From a virus, in the IMG/VR virus record IMGVR_UViG_3300034121_000940, positions 1 through 64,000 of that record: a stretch of DNA of 64,000 nucleotides; one strand, written 5' to 3'. A program made the translations under genes and the position numbers. Positions 29,816 through 40,401 of the stretch are shown piece after piece (the stretch's first letter is position 1; every line of letters starts with the position of its first letter). A model generated the notes under the pieces. The model saw nothing but the letters and a program-made list of their open reading frames with translations, was not told the origin of the DNA and searched no databases.

Positions 29816-29864
29816 GTCCGTAGTTGTAAGAATAAACCAACAAACTTCAACTAACTAATTATAT
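29786..29864 (-). ncRNA. Candidate small regulatory RNA (3'-UTR-derived): seed stem-loop plus terminator
   Basis: UAGUUG-AAG-[UUUGUUGGUUUAUU]-CUU-A-CAACUA hairpin (29821-29853) directly before the terminator; loop complementary to leaders at 40403-40412, 47249-47259 and 51755-51764. Confidence 0.4.
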
Positions 29865-32273
29865 TTAGTCTTTAATAAGTCTAACAGAAAATCCTGAAGT
29901 ATTCCCACCATCATATAATATAGCTGATTGTGATAGATAATTTAAGTTAAAAATCCAAGTAGAGTTTGAAAGATAAGGATAACTTGTAGAACTCCAAAGA
30001 TTACAATCCGTAAATTTACCAACTGAAACACCATTAAATTGAATTGCTCCACTACCAACTGCAGTAAATCCTGAACTATTTGTTGCATTTGTATTTGGAC
30101 TAGCCCAATGAGTTGTACCTGTTTCTTTTAATTTACCTCCAGCAACTGTACCACCTCCTAAATAATTTATTAAAGTTACAAACTCATCATAAGTTGGTAT
30201 ATGATATCCTGCAGGTGCAATACCTCTTGGATCACTTATAGCATACCCGTTATACAATTTTCCATAACTACAGTTATTTGCAGGATCATTATCATAATAT
30301 TTCCATGCACCTGTAGTTAAACTAGCCCATTCTATTGGATCTTGTACTTGAGGAATTGGATCTCCATTTTGGTATGTAGTTACATCTAAGTTACAACTTG
30401 TCCATGTTTGAGTACCAATAACTATGTCTATACATAAAGCTGGACCTTTTACAAGTCTTACAGAGTGACCCCAATTTTTTGTATAGTAACCTCTGAATAA
30501 AGTAGGATCTGTATAATATACATCATAACTACCGGCCTCATTACTACTAATTTCTGTAGAAGTCCACCAACGAGTAGTATCACCAATACCTTCAAAAGTT
30601 CCTGCATCATTCAAAACACCAGCAGGAAGTGCTGTAAATCCCGAACTGTTAGTAGCATTATTAGGAGATAACCAATGTGTAGTACCTGCCTCTTTCATGG
30701 CAGCACCAGCTACAAGATCACCTCCTAAGTAATCAGATAATGTAGCAACTTCACAATCTGTAGGTATATGATATCCAACAGGTGCTAGTCCTCTAGGATC
30801 ATTTACTGCATACCAGTTGTAAAGTTTACCATACAGTGGTTCTGTAGAAGGATCATTGTTATAGTAACACCACGCACCTGTTGTAAGATTGCTCCATTCA
30901 ATAGGATCAGTTACTTCTGGTATTGAGTCTCCATTACTATAAGTAGTAACAGCCAAGTTACATCCTGTCCATATTTGAGATCCAATTGTAACATCAGAAC
31001 ATGTAACAGGTAAAGGTTCTCCTTTTACAAGTCTAACAGACATTCCTTTGTCTTTACTAATACTAGATGTTGTATAAGCTTGATTTGTTGAATATGCTAA
31101 ATGCATAAATGAACTTGCAGATGCATTGGTTTCTGTAGAACTCCACCAGTAACCATAATACCCAAGATCTTCAAAATTACTACCAGAACGTCTACCACCA
31201 GGTAGTGCTGTAAAAAAACTTGAATTAGTTGGAGAAATTATATTAGCTTTTTGCCAATATAAAGCATTTACATCTGTAGCACAAGTTCTTTCTAATGAAC
31301 CTCTTTCTTTTAATGCTAAACCTGCAGTTGTATTCCCACCTACTGTATCAACTAAAGTTTGCCATTCAGTATGTGTAGGTATATGGTATCCTTCTGGAGC
31401 TAAACCTCTGGGGTCATTCACTGCATACCAGTTGTATAACTTACCAAATGCAGGTTCTGTATCTGGATTATTGTCATAATAACACCATGCTCCAGTAGTC
31501 AATGCAGCCCATTCAACAGGATCTTCAACATGAGGAATTGGATCACCGTTTCTATATGTTGTTACACTTAAATTACATTGAGTCCAAGTTTGATCACCAA
31601 TAACAATATCTCCTGAACATTTTGGTGGATTTACAAATGGTGTAAAAGGATGACCTGCCAAAGCAGACATAACTTTTTTAAGTTGTTGTAACATGTCACC
31701 CAATGCTGCTCTATGTTCTAAATAATGATTATAATCAGGTTCTTGATAATCTGTATAATCTACTGTATATGTAACCGTATTATCAGGTGCTAAAGGATAA
31801 CCCATTAAATTTACTGTATATGTATGAATACCTGTAAGCTTTTCTGGTGAACCATTTGTTATAAATGAATTTTGAATTTGCTGTTTTTTTATTTGAAAGG
31901 CAATTCTTTTTGCCATGAACCCATCATTTTCATTATAGAATAAATCACATATAGCATTATAATTACTAAGTGGATTGCATTTTTCATTATATAAACCTTC
32001 AGGTATTATAAAAACACCATTCTTATAATAAGAAGGTTCACGATAAAATGCTACAGATGCTAAAAAATGTTCATTTACTGCTTTTAACCATGCATCATGA
32101 GTTGCTCTAGATATCGTAAATATATCACTGTCATATCCCATAAATGGTGCTGTTGTATTTTCTGTACAAGTATTACCAACAGCACCAAGTAAATTACAAT
32201 AATCATCCATATCAAAATTACATACTCTTGATATTTGATTATTCCAAATTTCAAAATTTCTTATAAACCCCAT
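29865..32273 (-). CDS. Protein with three tandem Fib_succ_major (FISUMP, C-type-lectin-like fold) domains; probable receptor-binding/adhesin
   Basis: Three copies of IGxQxWTxCNLxVTTYxNGDxIP...GKLYNxYA...PxGYHIPT...FTA...WxST...SVRL(V/I)K. Confidence 0.85.
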   Translation of the reverse strand: MGFIRNFEIWNNQISRVCNFDMDDYCNLLGAVGNTCTENTTAPFMGYDSDIFTISRATHDAWLKAVNEHFLASVAFYREPSYYKNGVFIIPEGLYNEKCNPLSNYNAICDLFYNENDGFMAKRIAFQIKKQQIQNSFITNGSPEKLTGIHTYTVNLMGYPLAPDNTVTYTVDYTDYQEPDYNHYLEHRAALGDMLQQLKKVMSALAGHPFTPFVNPPKCSGDIVIGDQTWTQCNLSVTTYRNGDPIPHVEDPVEWAALTTGAWCYYDNNPDTEPAFGKLYNWYAVNDPRGLAPEGYHIPTHTEWQTLVDTVGGNTTAGLALKERGSLERTCATDVNALYWQKANIISPTNSSFFTALPGGRRSGSNFEDLGYYGYWWSSTETNASASSFMHLAYSTNQAYTTSSISKDKGMSVRLVKGEPLPVTCSDVTIGSQIWTGCNLAVTTYSNGDSIPEVTDPIEWSNLTTGAWCYYNNDPSTEPLYGKLYNWYAVNDPRGLAPVGYHIPTDCEVATLSDYLGGDLVAGAAMKEAGTTHWLSPNNATNSSGFTALPAGVLNDAGTFEGIGDTTRWWTSTEISSNEAGSYDVYYTDPTLFRGYYTKNWGHSVRLVKGPALCIDIVIGTQTWTSCNLDVTTYQNGDPIPQVQDPIEWASLTTGAWKYYDNDPANNCSYGKLYNGYAISDPRGIAPAGYHIPTYDEFVTLINYLGGGTVAGGKLKETGTTHWASPNTNATNSSGFTAVGSGAIQFNGVSVGKFTDCNLWSSTSYPYLSNSTWIFNLNYLSQSAILYDGGNTSGFSVRLIKD

Positions 32274-32275
32274 CT

Positions 32276-33625
32276 TTAAACTGTATATTTTAATTCATAC
32301 TTATATCTGTGAAACAGTGCATAATCATTAGCCCAAACAAAAGGTACAGTAGCTAATACAAGCTCATTAAATGCTTTTAACCAAGCCTGTGTTCTATCTT
32401 TGTTAGGAGTATTTATTTCATCAATTACATCAGCTAAAACACTACTCCAACTATTTGTAGTTGGATCCCATGCATGACTAGTAAGGTAAGTTGGATCAAG
32501 TGGATCAATACCCCATTTTATAAGTTGACCCGGTTGTCCTGTTGGTGGTATTTCTCCAAATTGTACTGCATCTAACCAAACAAATTTTACACCTGTATTA
32601 AGATTTATCATTGGAAATATTTCAGCTAATGTTTTATTATTTAAAGTAGGCCATTTTATTTCAGACCAAACTCTAAATGAACATTCAGGACAACCACTTA
32701 AATAATTATAATTTTCTAAACCTCCTTTATATAATATTAACTGATCTGCAATATTACCAGGATCCCATTGTGTAAAGTTTAATGAAGTATTTAAATATTC
32801 TGTACCATATTGCTCATTAATTAAATTTTCATTTAAAGATTTAAAGTATTCATCTCTATTTCTTCTATAGGATGTTGAAGCAACTGAGTAAGATTCAAAA
32901 CATTCTACACAACATATATTTTTTAGTTCTGTACATGTTGGCATATATCGTGGATCATTCATAAAATCCATAGGTATGACTGCAAATTGTGTATCACCAT
33001 AAAGAGTATTAACCAATCTACCCCCTAAATAAGGTTGTGTTTCTTGAGGTGGATCAATTATCATTGAATAGCAATCTGATGTATATACAAAGTGAACTGT
33101 TTCTTTACAACCTTTACTATCTGTAACAGTAAGTTTAATATTACTTACTTTAATGTTTTTATCAATGTCTCCTGTTCTAATAGAATTTGCTGCAATACAA
33201 GTTAAATTTAAAGTAGGTAATGTTGTAGAACCAGAAATAAAATGACCAACAAATTCTCCTTGAGCAATCTCCCATTGATATGTATACGGTCCTTCACCAT
33301 TTGTAATTTCTGAAGTTAATGAAGGTAAATTGTTTTCATCAGTGTTTGCAATAATATTTACAGTTAATTGACAATGTCTACATATTACATCAAGTATATT
33401 TTGTAAAGCATTTTCTAAATTTTCAAAATTATTAACTACACTGAAAGTAGTACCACAATATATAATATCTCCAGCTGTATATTGTATACATGTTGCATCA
33501 AGTATTTCAGAACAGTTATATGATTCTGTACATACTGTAGGATCAGAACATATTGTGTATGATTTTGGTGTATAGTTTAAAATTACTTTCTTATTACTAC
33601 CACCACAATTTTTACAAACAGCCAT
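32276..33625 (-). CDS. Cys-rich fibre/structural protein with SprB/PKD-like Ig domain
   Basis: CIQYTAG...C...LENALQNILDVIC docking-like module; NGEGPYTYQW...LTVTDSKGC. Confidence 0.5.
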   Translation of the reverse strand: MAVCKNCGGSNKKVILNYTPKSYTICSDPTVCTESYNCSEILDATCIQYTAGDIIYCGTTFSVVNNFENLENALQNILDVICRHCQLTVNIIANTDENNLPSLTSEITNGEGPYTYQWEIAQGEFVGHFISGSTTLPTLNLTCIAANSIRTGDIDKNIKVSNIKLTVTDSKGCKETVHFVYTSDCYSMIIDPPQETQPYLGGRLVNTLYGDTQFAVIPMDFMNDPRYMPTCTELKNICCVECFESYSVASTSYRRNRDEYFKSLNENLINEQYGTEYLNTSLNFTQWDPGNIADQLILYKGGLENYNYLSGCPECSFRVWSEIKWPTLNNKTLAEIFPMINLNTGVKFVWLDAVQFGEIPPTGQPGQLIKWGIDPLDPTYLTSHAWDPTTNSWSSVLADVIDEINTPNKDRTQAWLKAFNELVLATVPFVWANDYALFHRYKYELKYTV

Positions 33626-33627
33626 AG

Positions 33628-34164
33628 TTATACTAAATTAGTAAGTGTATAAAATATTGTTTTTTTAGAACCATTTGCATCAGTAACATCCAATCTTATA
33701 TGAGACATATATACAGCCCCTGTAGCACCACTTATACCACCTACTTGTAAAGAATTACCAGATATAGGTGAAAGATATAAATTTGCTGAAGTATACTCAT
33801 TATTTTGCACTTCATGTCCCACAAACAAACCTTGAGCTATTGACCATAAGTATTGATAAGGACCTTGTCCACCTGTAACTATTGCACTTAATGTATACTC
33901 ATTATTATCAATTGTAATATTTAAAGCATCATTATTTACAGAACAAGCTTTAGTAACTAAATTTTGTAATGCTTGTTCTATAGATGTATTATTAGCAATA
34001 ATAGTCTGTGTACCACATTTTAAATCGTTACCTGTGTATGTAACACATGCTGAATCAAAACTTCCATCCTCACATTTTTGTGGTTCTGGGCATCCTGTTG
34101 GATCTAAGCAAGGCGCAACAGGAATTGCATTATCACATCCACATTTTTTACATTTCTTTTCCAT
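33628..34164 (-). CDS. Short Cys-rich fibre protein, paralogous to the N-terminal part of 32276..33625
   Basis: CVTYTGNDLKC...IEQALQNLVTKAC; GGQGPYQYLWSIAQGLFVGH matches GEGPYTYQWEIAQGEFVGH in the neighbour. Confidence 0.55.
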   Translation of the reverse strand: MEKKCKKCGCDNAIPVAPCLDPTGCPEPQKCEDGSFDSACVTYTGNDLKCGTQTIIANNTSIEQALQNLVTKACSVNNDALNITIDNNEYTLSAIVTGGQGPYQYLWSIAQGLFVGHEVQNNEYTSANLYLSPISGNSLQVGGISGATGAVYMSHIRLDVTDANGSKKTIFYTLTNLV

Positions 34165-34168
34165 AATC

Positions 34169-36013
34169 TTATCTTAGTCTAGTTATTGCAAATCTGATAC
34201 TATCTCCTGATTGATAAACAGTACCATTATAGTTACGGTCTGAAAAATTAAATATACCTAGTCTAACAACTGTACTACTACTAACTGAAATTGTAGCAGT
34301 AGCTGATAATGATACCGTAGTATGAACACCAGGGATAGTTAAAGGTGTGCTACCAGCAGCTAATGTCATAGGGCCTTGTAAAGATTGAGAATTTCCTGTA
34401 AATACATCATTACTGTTTGATAGAATACCTAAATGAAAAGAACCTATACCAGATGTTTGCCAAATAGGAGGTGTAGCATTAGCTGATTTAAGTTGTAAAG
34501 TACCTGTTATTTGATAAGTTCCTGGTTTAGTAATTAATACTTCACCATCAACATTATCAAATGTACCAAAAGGTAAAGTTGTTACAGTAGTAACATAAGC
34601 TCCAGCTGATGTAGTATTATTTGTAGCCACATTGTTAAGACTGACAAAATTATATTTATTAATAATCCTCATAGCTGAACCAACCATGACACCAGGACCT
34701 GGTGTTTGTATTGGTAAATTACCACATTCAGGTTGACTTGTACTATTAATAGCAACAATTGCTACAAAAGTATCAAGACCATAAAGTGTTTCAACAGTGT
34801 AAGTTGTATCACCTGCACCTGGACCAGCTGTAGAAGTTACATTAGTAATATTATTTGTATTAGTAGATTTAGTAACAATTGCTTCTTTACCTGTAACAGT
34901 ATAAATTGTATTATTAGGATTTGATGTATTTTCAGCTACAGTGATATTATCACCAGCTACAACAGTAGTATTTTTTGATGTTGCATTTACAGTATATGCT
35001 GTATTTCCAGCAACTTCATTTGATGTTACAGTAACATTAGTACCTGCAACAACTGATGATCCTTTTGCAGATACTGCAAATTGTAATTCAGGTCCGCATG
35101 CACTAACATTAGTAGTTGGAGTAACTGTTACATTAGTGTTACCTGCTACAACTTTATATGTTTTATAAGCATCTCTTAAATCTTTTACTGTTAACCACAA
35201 GTCTGTAAAACTTTGACTTAAATTATCAGGAGTAGGAAACCAATCTGTTGCAAACTTTTGTTCTAATGTTTGGGAACAATTTGATAAAGCTACTTCAGAA
35301 CCAACTATTGGTTGAGATAAATAGGCTTGTGTTATTTCTGAAGGTTGTCCTGTGGAAGAGAGTAATGCGCAGTATCCGTGAACATCATCATTTACAAGTG
35401 CTTCAAGTATTACATCTAATTGATATGAAATATTTTGTTCAACACTGCTATCAGCCAATGTACAATCTGGTGCAAATGACGGTAATATATAAGGTGGTGT
35501 AGGAGGAACGGATTCCAATATAAATACTCTTGTAGTTAAATTAGTAATTGAATTATTAATTGTAACAATATCTGTTAATATAGAACATATTTTATTACTA
35601 ATTACTTGAATATAATCTAACAACTTCATTGTTGTTTGACCACCTGATTGTAAACATTCAGCAACTGGTACAACACAGTCAGTAGGGCATGTTGTATTAT
35701 CACGTCTTGTTACATTTCTACTTGTTGTACTAGTAGATATATTATTTAATTCACAAATCTTATTAACTAATAATTGTAATAGTTCATTAAGATTTGTTGG
35801 ATCACCTGTTGTAATTTCTAAACAAGATAAATCCAATGTAGAAATATTAACCGCATCTACAATAGTGCATAACTCTGTAGCTAATGCATATATCACATCA
35901 GTAATACTGTCTCCTGTGCATAGTTTTATACACGGGATATTTGGACCTTGCCAAATAACACAGTTACTTGATATTGGACTACAAGAGTTATTATCTAAAT
36001 TAAGTGGTTTCAT
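34169..36013 (-). CDS. Tail/capsid fibre protein with Cys-rich N-terminal module, VVAGxNxTV repeats and a C-terminal globular (C1q/BclA-like?) domain
   Basis: [24 protein letters not shown] N-terminus shared with 36075..37916; repeats VVAGNTNVTV, VVAGTNVTV, VVAGDNITV; C-terminal ITKPGTYQITG. Confidence 0.6.
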   Translation of the reverse strand: MKPLNLDNNSCSPISSNCVIWQGPNIPCIKLCTGDSITDVIYALATELCTIVDAVNISTLDLSCLEITTGDPTNLNELLQLLVNKICELNNISTSTTSRNVTRRDNTTCPTDCVVPVAECLQSGGQTTMKLLDYIQVISNKICSILTDIVTINNSITNLTTRVFILESVPPTPPYILPSFAPDCTLADSSVEQNISYQLDVILEALVNDDVHGYCALLSSTGQPSEITQAYLSQPIVGSEVALSNCSQTLEQKFATDWFPTPDNLSQSFTDLWLTVKDLRDAYKTYKVVAGNTNVTVTPTTNVSACGPELQFAVSAKGSSVVAGTNVTVTSNEVAGNTAYTVNATSKNTTVVAGDNITVAENTSNPNNTIYTVTGKEAIVTKSTNTNNITNVTSTAGPGAGDTTYTVETLYGLDTFVAIVAINSTSQPECGNLPIQTPGPGVMVGSAMRIINKYNFVSLNNVATNNTTSAGAYVTTVTTLPFGTFDNVDGEVLITKPGTYQITGTLQLKSANATPPIWQTSGIGSFHLGILSNSNDVFTGNSQSLQGPMTLAAGSTPLTIPGVHTTVSLSATATISVSSSTVVRLGIFNFSDRNYNGTVYQSGDSIRFAITRLR

Positions 36014-36020
36014 ATATATA

Positions 36021-36050
36021 TAATATAGTAATAATATTTTTTAAATGCAA
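36021..36050 (-). promoter_or_regulatory. Putative promoter TTG-N20-TATATTA
   Basis: Revcomp ttgcatttaaaaaatattattacTATATTA ends 7 nt before the ATG at 36013. Confidence 0.55.
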
Positions 36051-36074
36051 TTTATTAATCTAAGCAAAGGTTTA

Positions 36075-37916
36075 TTATTCATATAAACTAGTTACTGATG
36101 AAACTATCATAAAAGTATCAGTAGCAACTCTACCTAAACTATCAACAGCTGTTATTTTAGCTAATGAGATGTATATCACTCCACCACCAACTCTTGATAT
36201 TGTTGTTGAAGCACTTGCATCATATTCATATGATATACTTGGTACAAAAGTGAATGATATAAAATTATGCATTGCAGAGTTTGTAGCCCAATCCCACTCG
36301 TATGTAACAGTCCCAACAGCACCAGTAGTTGTTGCTACTAACTCATCATCATTAAAAGTTTTTGATATGCTAACAGAAAATGGTGGTGGGGGAGTGTAGG
36401 GAGGTGAAGGTGGTGATGCACAATCACCACATTCAATTTGTATACAACCACCATCATCTATAATTTCTAAACTGCTTGATGATATACCTTTTAATGATAA
36501 TACTCCTGTGGTAGGATTCCACTCATTAATTAATGATGCTGACACAGTTCCTGCTTCACTTTGAGAAATGATTGTATTCAAATCTTCAGCAAAACCAGCA
36601 GCTGTTAAATTTAATATTCCTGTAGCAGGATTAACAGATCTATTTAATACACCATAGTAACCATATTGTGATAATATATATTGTGTATTTTTATAAGGAT
36701 TACTACCCGGACCAGTAGTAACAGAAGCAAAGTTTACATAGTTTGTATAATTTGAACCTAAATCTGTTTGCAAACTTGTTAAAGATACATCTTTATTATT
36801 TAATACAGCCCATTGATTTAGTAGAGAATTAGCAGAAGTAGAACTATAATCAAAAGCTGGATATATTACACCTTTAAAAAAAGTTAATAATGATAATTCA
36901 TTTTGTAAAGTTGTAAGATCTGATTGAAAATCTGCTGTTGGTTGTCCTACTAATGTAGGAACTCCATTACTTTGGTGATACCATTCATCAGCTTCATTAA
37001 TAAATGATACAAGTAAAATTGAATCTGATATTGTCCATGCTGACGTTCCCCAATTTGCAGGTGGTGTTGTTGCGGCACCATTAGAATCAATAAAGCTATT
37101 GTTTACAGAACCTATACCTATAAATAGATCATGTAAATTATAATCTTTTATTATTTCAATGTGTCTTACATACCTCTCAGCATATTGATTTGTATCACCA
37201 TATAAACCTGTAGAAAAAATATATAAATTTCCTGAATATGCAGGGTTATCTATTTTATATTGATTATGCCAAGCAGTTATAGATTGTGCTAATATTTCTA
37301 CATTTTGTGTTGCTGTAGTAGATGGTACATCATTCCATCCTGCATAGGGACCTGATGTACCATCTACTACAGCCCAAACATCTGTATTAGATGCTAATGT
37401 ATCTTCACAAGAATTTGTTATATCAACTAATCCTTTTGGTCCAATAGGACCTGGTACTCCCGGAGGTCCTGGGATTCCAGGATTACCTTTAACACCTTGT
37501 GGTCCTTGAGGTCCTATCGGACCAGTTGGACCAGTTAAACCAGTTGGACCTGGTGCACCTTTTGGACCAACTAAACCTTGAGGACCTTGAGGACCTGTTG
37601 ACCCTGTAATACCTCTTTTACCAGGAATACCTCTTGGACCAGGTGCTTTTGATATAGCACAAATTTTATCAATTAATGTTTGTATTAAATCATGTGTTGT
37701 TTGTGGTTGTTTACTTAATGATAAACATGTAGTATCATATGATGTAGCATTTAATGAATCAAGCAAACTACATAGTTCATTTGCTAAAGCTGCTACTGCA
37801 TCTGATACACTATCACCTTTACATAATTTAATACATGGCATATCAGGTCCTTCCCAAACAACACAGTTTGAAGATACCGGTGAACAATTTTGATTATCTA
37901 AATTTAATGGTTTCAT
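36075..37916 (-). CDS. Collagen-like fibre protein with vWA-like domain and C-terminal Ig-like domain
   Basis: 24 Gly-X-Y triplets; [11 protein letters not shown] (MIDAS-like) and [10 protein letters not shown]; N-terminus paralogous to 34169..36013. Confidence 0.65.
   Translation of the reverse strand: MKPLNLDNQNCSPVSSNCVVWEGPDMPCIKLCKGDSVSDAVAALANELCSLLDSLNATSYDTTCLSLSKQPQTTHDLIQTLIDKICAISKAPGPRGIPGKRGITGSTGPQGPQGLVGPKGAPGPTGLTGPTGPIGPQGPQGVKGNPGIPGPPGVPGPIGPKGLVDITNSCEDTLASNTDVWAVVDGTSGPYAGWNDVPSTTATQNVEILAQSITAWHNQYKIDNPAYSGNLYIFSTGLYGDTNQYAERYVRHIEIIKDYNLHDLFIGIGSVNNSFIDSNGAATTPPANWGTSAWTISDSILLVSFINEADEWYHQSNGVPTLVGQPTADFQSDLTTLQNELSLLTFFKGVIYPAFDYSSTSANSLLNQWAVLNNKDVSLTSLQTDLGSNYTNYVNFASVTTGPGSNPYKNTQYILSQYGYYGVLNRSVNPATGILNLTAAGFAEDLNTIISQSEAGTVSASLINEWNPTTGVLSLKGISSSSLEIIDDGGCIQIECGDCASPPSPPYTPPPPFSVSISKTFNDDELVATTTGAVGTVTYEWDWATNSAMHNFISFTFVPSISYEYDASASTTISRVGGGVIYISLAKITAVDSLGRVATDTFMIVSSVTSLYE
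37425..37640 (-). repeat. Collagen Gly-X-Y repeat (24 triplets)
   Basis: [21 protein letters not shown]...GPIGPKGLV. Confidence 0.9.
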
Positions 37917-37928
37917 AAAAAAATTTAT

Positions 37929-40199
37929 TTAATTATTACAAGTTGAACAGTTACAGTTTGAAGAACAATTACAACTTAATGAACTGCTACATATGTAATT
38001 TGTGTCATTTAAGGCTTGTATATCAATTACTTCTTTTTTAACTAATGTTTTATCATCATCCTCAGGACAACAATTACTGATTCCATATCTTAATTGTAAT
38101 ACTTGTTTATATAATATCTCTGCGGTTTGACAAGTTATTCTTTCAAATTTATCAGGATCGCAACTTGGAGTTGTATAACCTGGTCTTACCATTCTACCTG
38201 TTAAAGCAGCAGGACAAACTTTTAAACCTGTACTAGGATTATCAACACACTCACCAGATTCAGTAATTTCAAAATTTTCTCTAGTTATAAACACCCATCT
38301 ATTAATACATATTTTAGGACTTGATTCTCCTACTTCTAAAACAATAATTTGTTCTTCACCAGAACAATCTAAGTAACCAGCTCTAACTTCTCCATCTGTA
38401 ATATTTCTTAATTTAGTACAAGTACATCCTGTAACTGTTAAACAAATTTCACAATCTTCATATTGTTTTATTACAGATACTTCTATAGCATTCTGATAAT
38501 CTGGAGTAGGAGATGTAAAGGCTGTCCAACAACCAGGTTGTCCTGCTAATTTCAAAGCATTGGTTCCATAAGAAGTCATGTCTGTAAATGTTGTAATAGG
38601 CTCTAAATCACCTTCACAAGGATACAATATAAAATAAGCTCTTGAACATTGATCACATGAATCATACACATTTTCAATTACAAACTCTTGTGTTTGTGGT
38701 GGCTTATAATCTATTTGGTCAACATACCAACAATCTCCACAATCTAAAGAAACAATCTTACCAACATAAATAGATAAGTCTTCTTCAGAAAATTTTTGTA
38801 ATAAATCATTCTCACAATTAGTAAGAACATATGCTACAACAGGTAAACATGTTTCACAACTATCATAGGATATGCTAACACTTACATCTTCTAAACATGT
38901 ACATTCTACAGCTATATCTACACTCCAACAACCATCTAATTCATTTAATGTTACTGTTTTATTTCCTGCATACGCATCAAACAAAGATTGATTATTAGAA
39001 TAAATTATTTGATTTGTTGAACAATTTGTTAATTCATAACATGTAATTAAACAATCTGTATCTGATGTACACTCATAAGAAAGTGTTTTTATAACAGGTG
39101 TTGTACTAGATGTAATATAAGGTTTACTAAATGCACATATTTTAGCAGGTAATGAAACTGTTGTTTCAACACCTGTACTATTAAGATATGAAACAATACC
39201 TAAACCACTTACAGTAATACAACTACCATAACATGGGTCACATCTTGTACCATCATAAACAATGTTATTATTTATATTAGATCCTAAAGGCGGTGTTCCT
39301 AGAAATACTTTTACAGTAAAACAACCTAAAAACTCATAAGTTACATTATCAGTTACTTCAATATTTTCATCTATATGATTTGCAAATACTGCACTAGTTG
39401 TAAAAGTAATAAGTTGATCAGAATTAAAACATGGATATAATATATACCACTGATTACTCTGAACAATATATGTAGGAATTAAAATTTCAAATTGACAGGA
39501 CTGGCCAGCAAATGTAAAATTAAATAGTGCAGTTGAATCACTTGTTGATACTTGACCTGTTATACTAAAAACAATTGTTCCTCCTGTACCATTAGATAAA
39601 ACTCCAGGAACTAATGTAGCTGTTAAACCTGTTGCATTAGTTGAATTAACAGTTTGAGTTGCATAAGCAGCACCATTACCTCCTGTATAACTAATTGTAA
39701 CAGTTCCTGTAACAGGTGTATTTGGAGTTACAGGATTCGGTAAAACATCAACTACTGCATTAGCACAGTCTAATGACGTAACTGATGGTGTAGGCGGAGG
39801 AGGTGGTGTTGGAGGAGCCATTTGTAATGTAACAGGACAAATAGGAATTACACCAAATTGATCAAATGCAAGATTAAAAACAGGAGCAACACTATCAAGA
39901 GATACCTGACCTGTTACATTATATACAAGTTCACCAAAATCACCTAAACAAGTAGGACAAGGTCCTGGAGTAGGTGACATACCTGGTACTAAAGTTGCTG
40001 TTAATCCTGTATTACCCGTTGATAAAACTGGTGTAACCATATTATAACCCGCTGGATCAGGATAAGGTAAAGGACCAATACTACCAGCTTGCCAAGGAAT
40101 AACTATAGTTCCCGTAATAGGTGTATTTGCAACTATAGGATATGGGGTAAGATTAATTACTTGTTGATTACAGTAAAATTCAGGTTGTCTAATTGCCAT
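37929..40199 (-). CDS. Cys-rich structural protein with two Ig-like TGLTATLVPG domains and about four Cys-rich repeats
   Basis: NTP(I/V)TGT...TGLTATLVPG...TGQVS occurs twice; repeats of YxLxxC...CWxV...YDxCxxC; C-terminal LRYGISNCC. Confidence 0.55.
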   Translation of the reverse strand: MAIRQPEFYCNQQVINLTPYPIVANTPITGTIVIPWQAGSIGPLPYPDPAGYNMVTPVLSTGNTGLTATLVPGMSPTPGPCPTCLGDFGELVYNVTGQVSLDSVAPVFNLAFDQFGVIPICPVTLQMAPPTPPPPPTPSVTSLDCANAVVDVLPNPVTPNTPVTGTVTISYTGGNGAAYATQTVNSTNATGLTATLVPGVLSNGTGGTIVFSITGQVSTSDSTALFNFTFAGQSCQFEILIPTYIVQSNQWYILYPCFNSDQLITFTTSAVFANHIDENIEVTDNVTYEFLGCFTVKVFLGTPPLGSNINNNIVYDGTRCDPCYGSCITVSGLGIVSYLNSTGVETTVSLPAKICAFSKPYITSSTTPVIKTLSYECTSDTDCLITCYELTNCSTNQIIYSNNQSLFDAYAGNKTVTLNELDGCWSVDIAVECTCLEDVSVSISYDSCETCLPVVAYVLTNCENDLLQKFSEEDLSIYVGKIVSLDCGDCWYVDQIDYKPPQTQEFVIENVYDSCDQCSRAYFILYPCEGDLEPITTFTDMTSYGTNALKLAGQPGCWTAFTSPTPDYQNAIEVSVIKQYEDCEICLTVTGCTCTKLRNITDGEVRAGYLDCSGEEQIIVLEVGESSPKICINRWVFITRENFEITESGECVDNPSTGLKVCPAALTGRMVRPGYTTPSCDPDKFERITCQTAEILYKQVLQLRYGISNCCPEDDDKTLVKKEVIDIQALNDTNYICSSSLSCNCSSNCNCSTCNN

Positions 40200-40206
40200 T
40201 TTTTAA

Positions 40207-40401
40207 TTATTTATTTGCTGTATACCTGTCAGCTCCCCAAACATTTTTGTTTACTGTTGGTGCTGTAGGAACAACTGGTTTCTTATCTTGTAATCCTTTT
40301 TCATAAAAGGACAAACAACTTGAACAACATGATGTTCCATCACTTGCTCTTCTCTTTTGACATCCGCAAGACATTCTTGCTCCACAGTTACTACAATTCA
40401 T
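40207..40401 (-). CDS. Small Cys-rich (putative Zn-binding) protein
   Basis: CSNCGARMSCGC...CCSSC; AAACCAACAA leader directly before the ATG. Confidence 0.7.
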   Translation of the reverse strand: MNCSNCGARMSCGCQKRRASDGTSCCSSCLSFYEKGLQDKKPVVPTAPTVNKNVWGADRYTANK

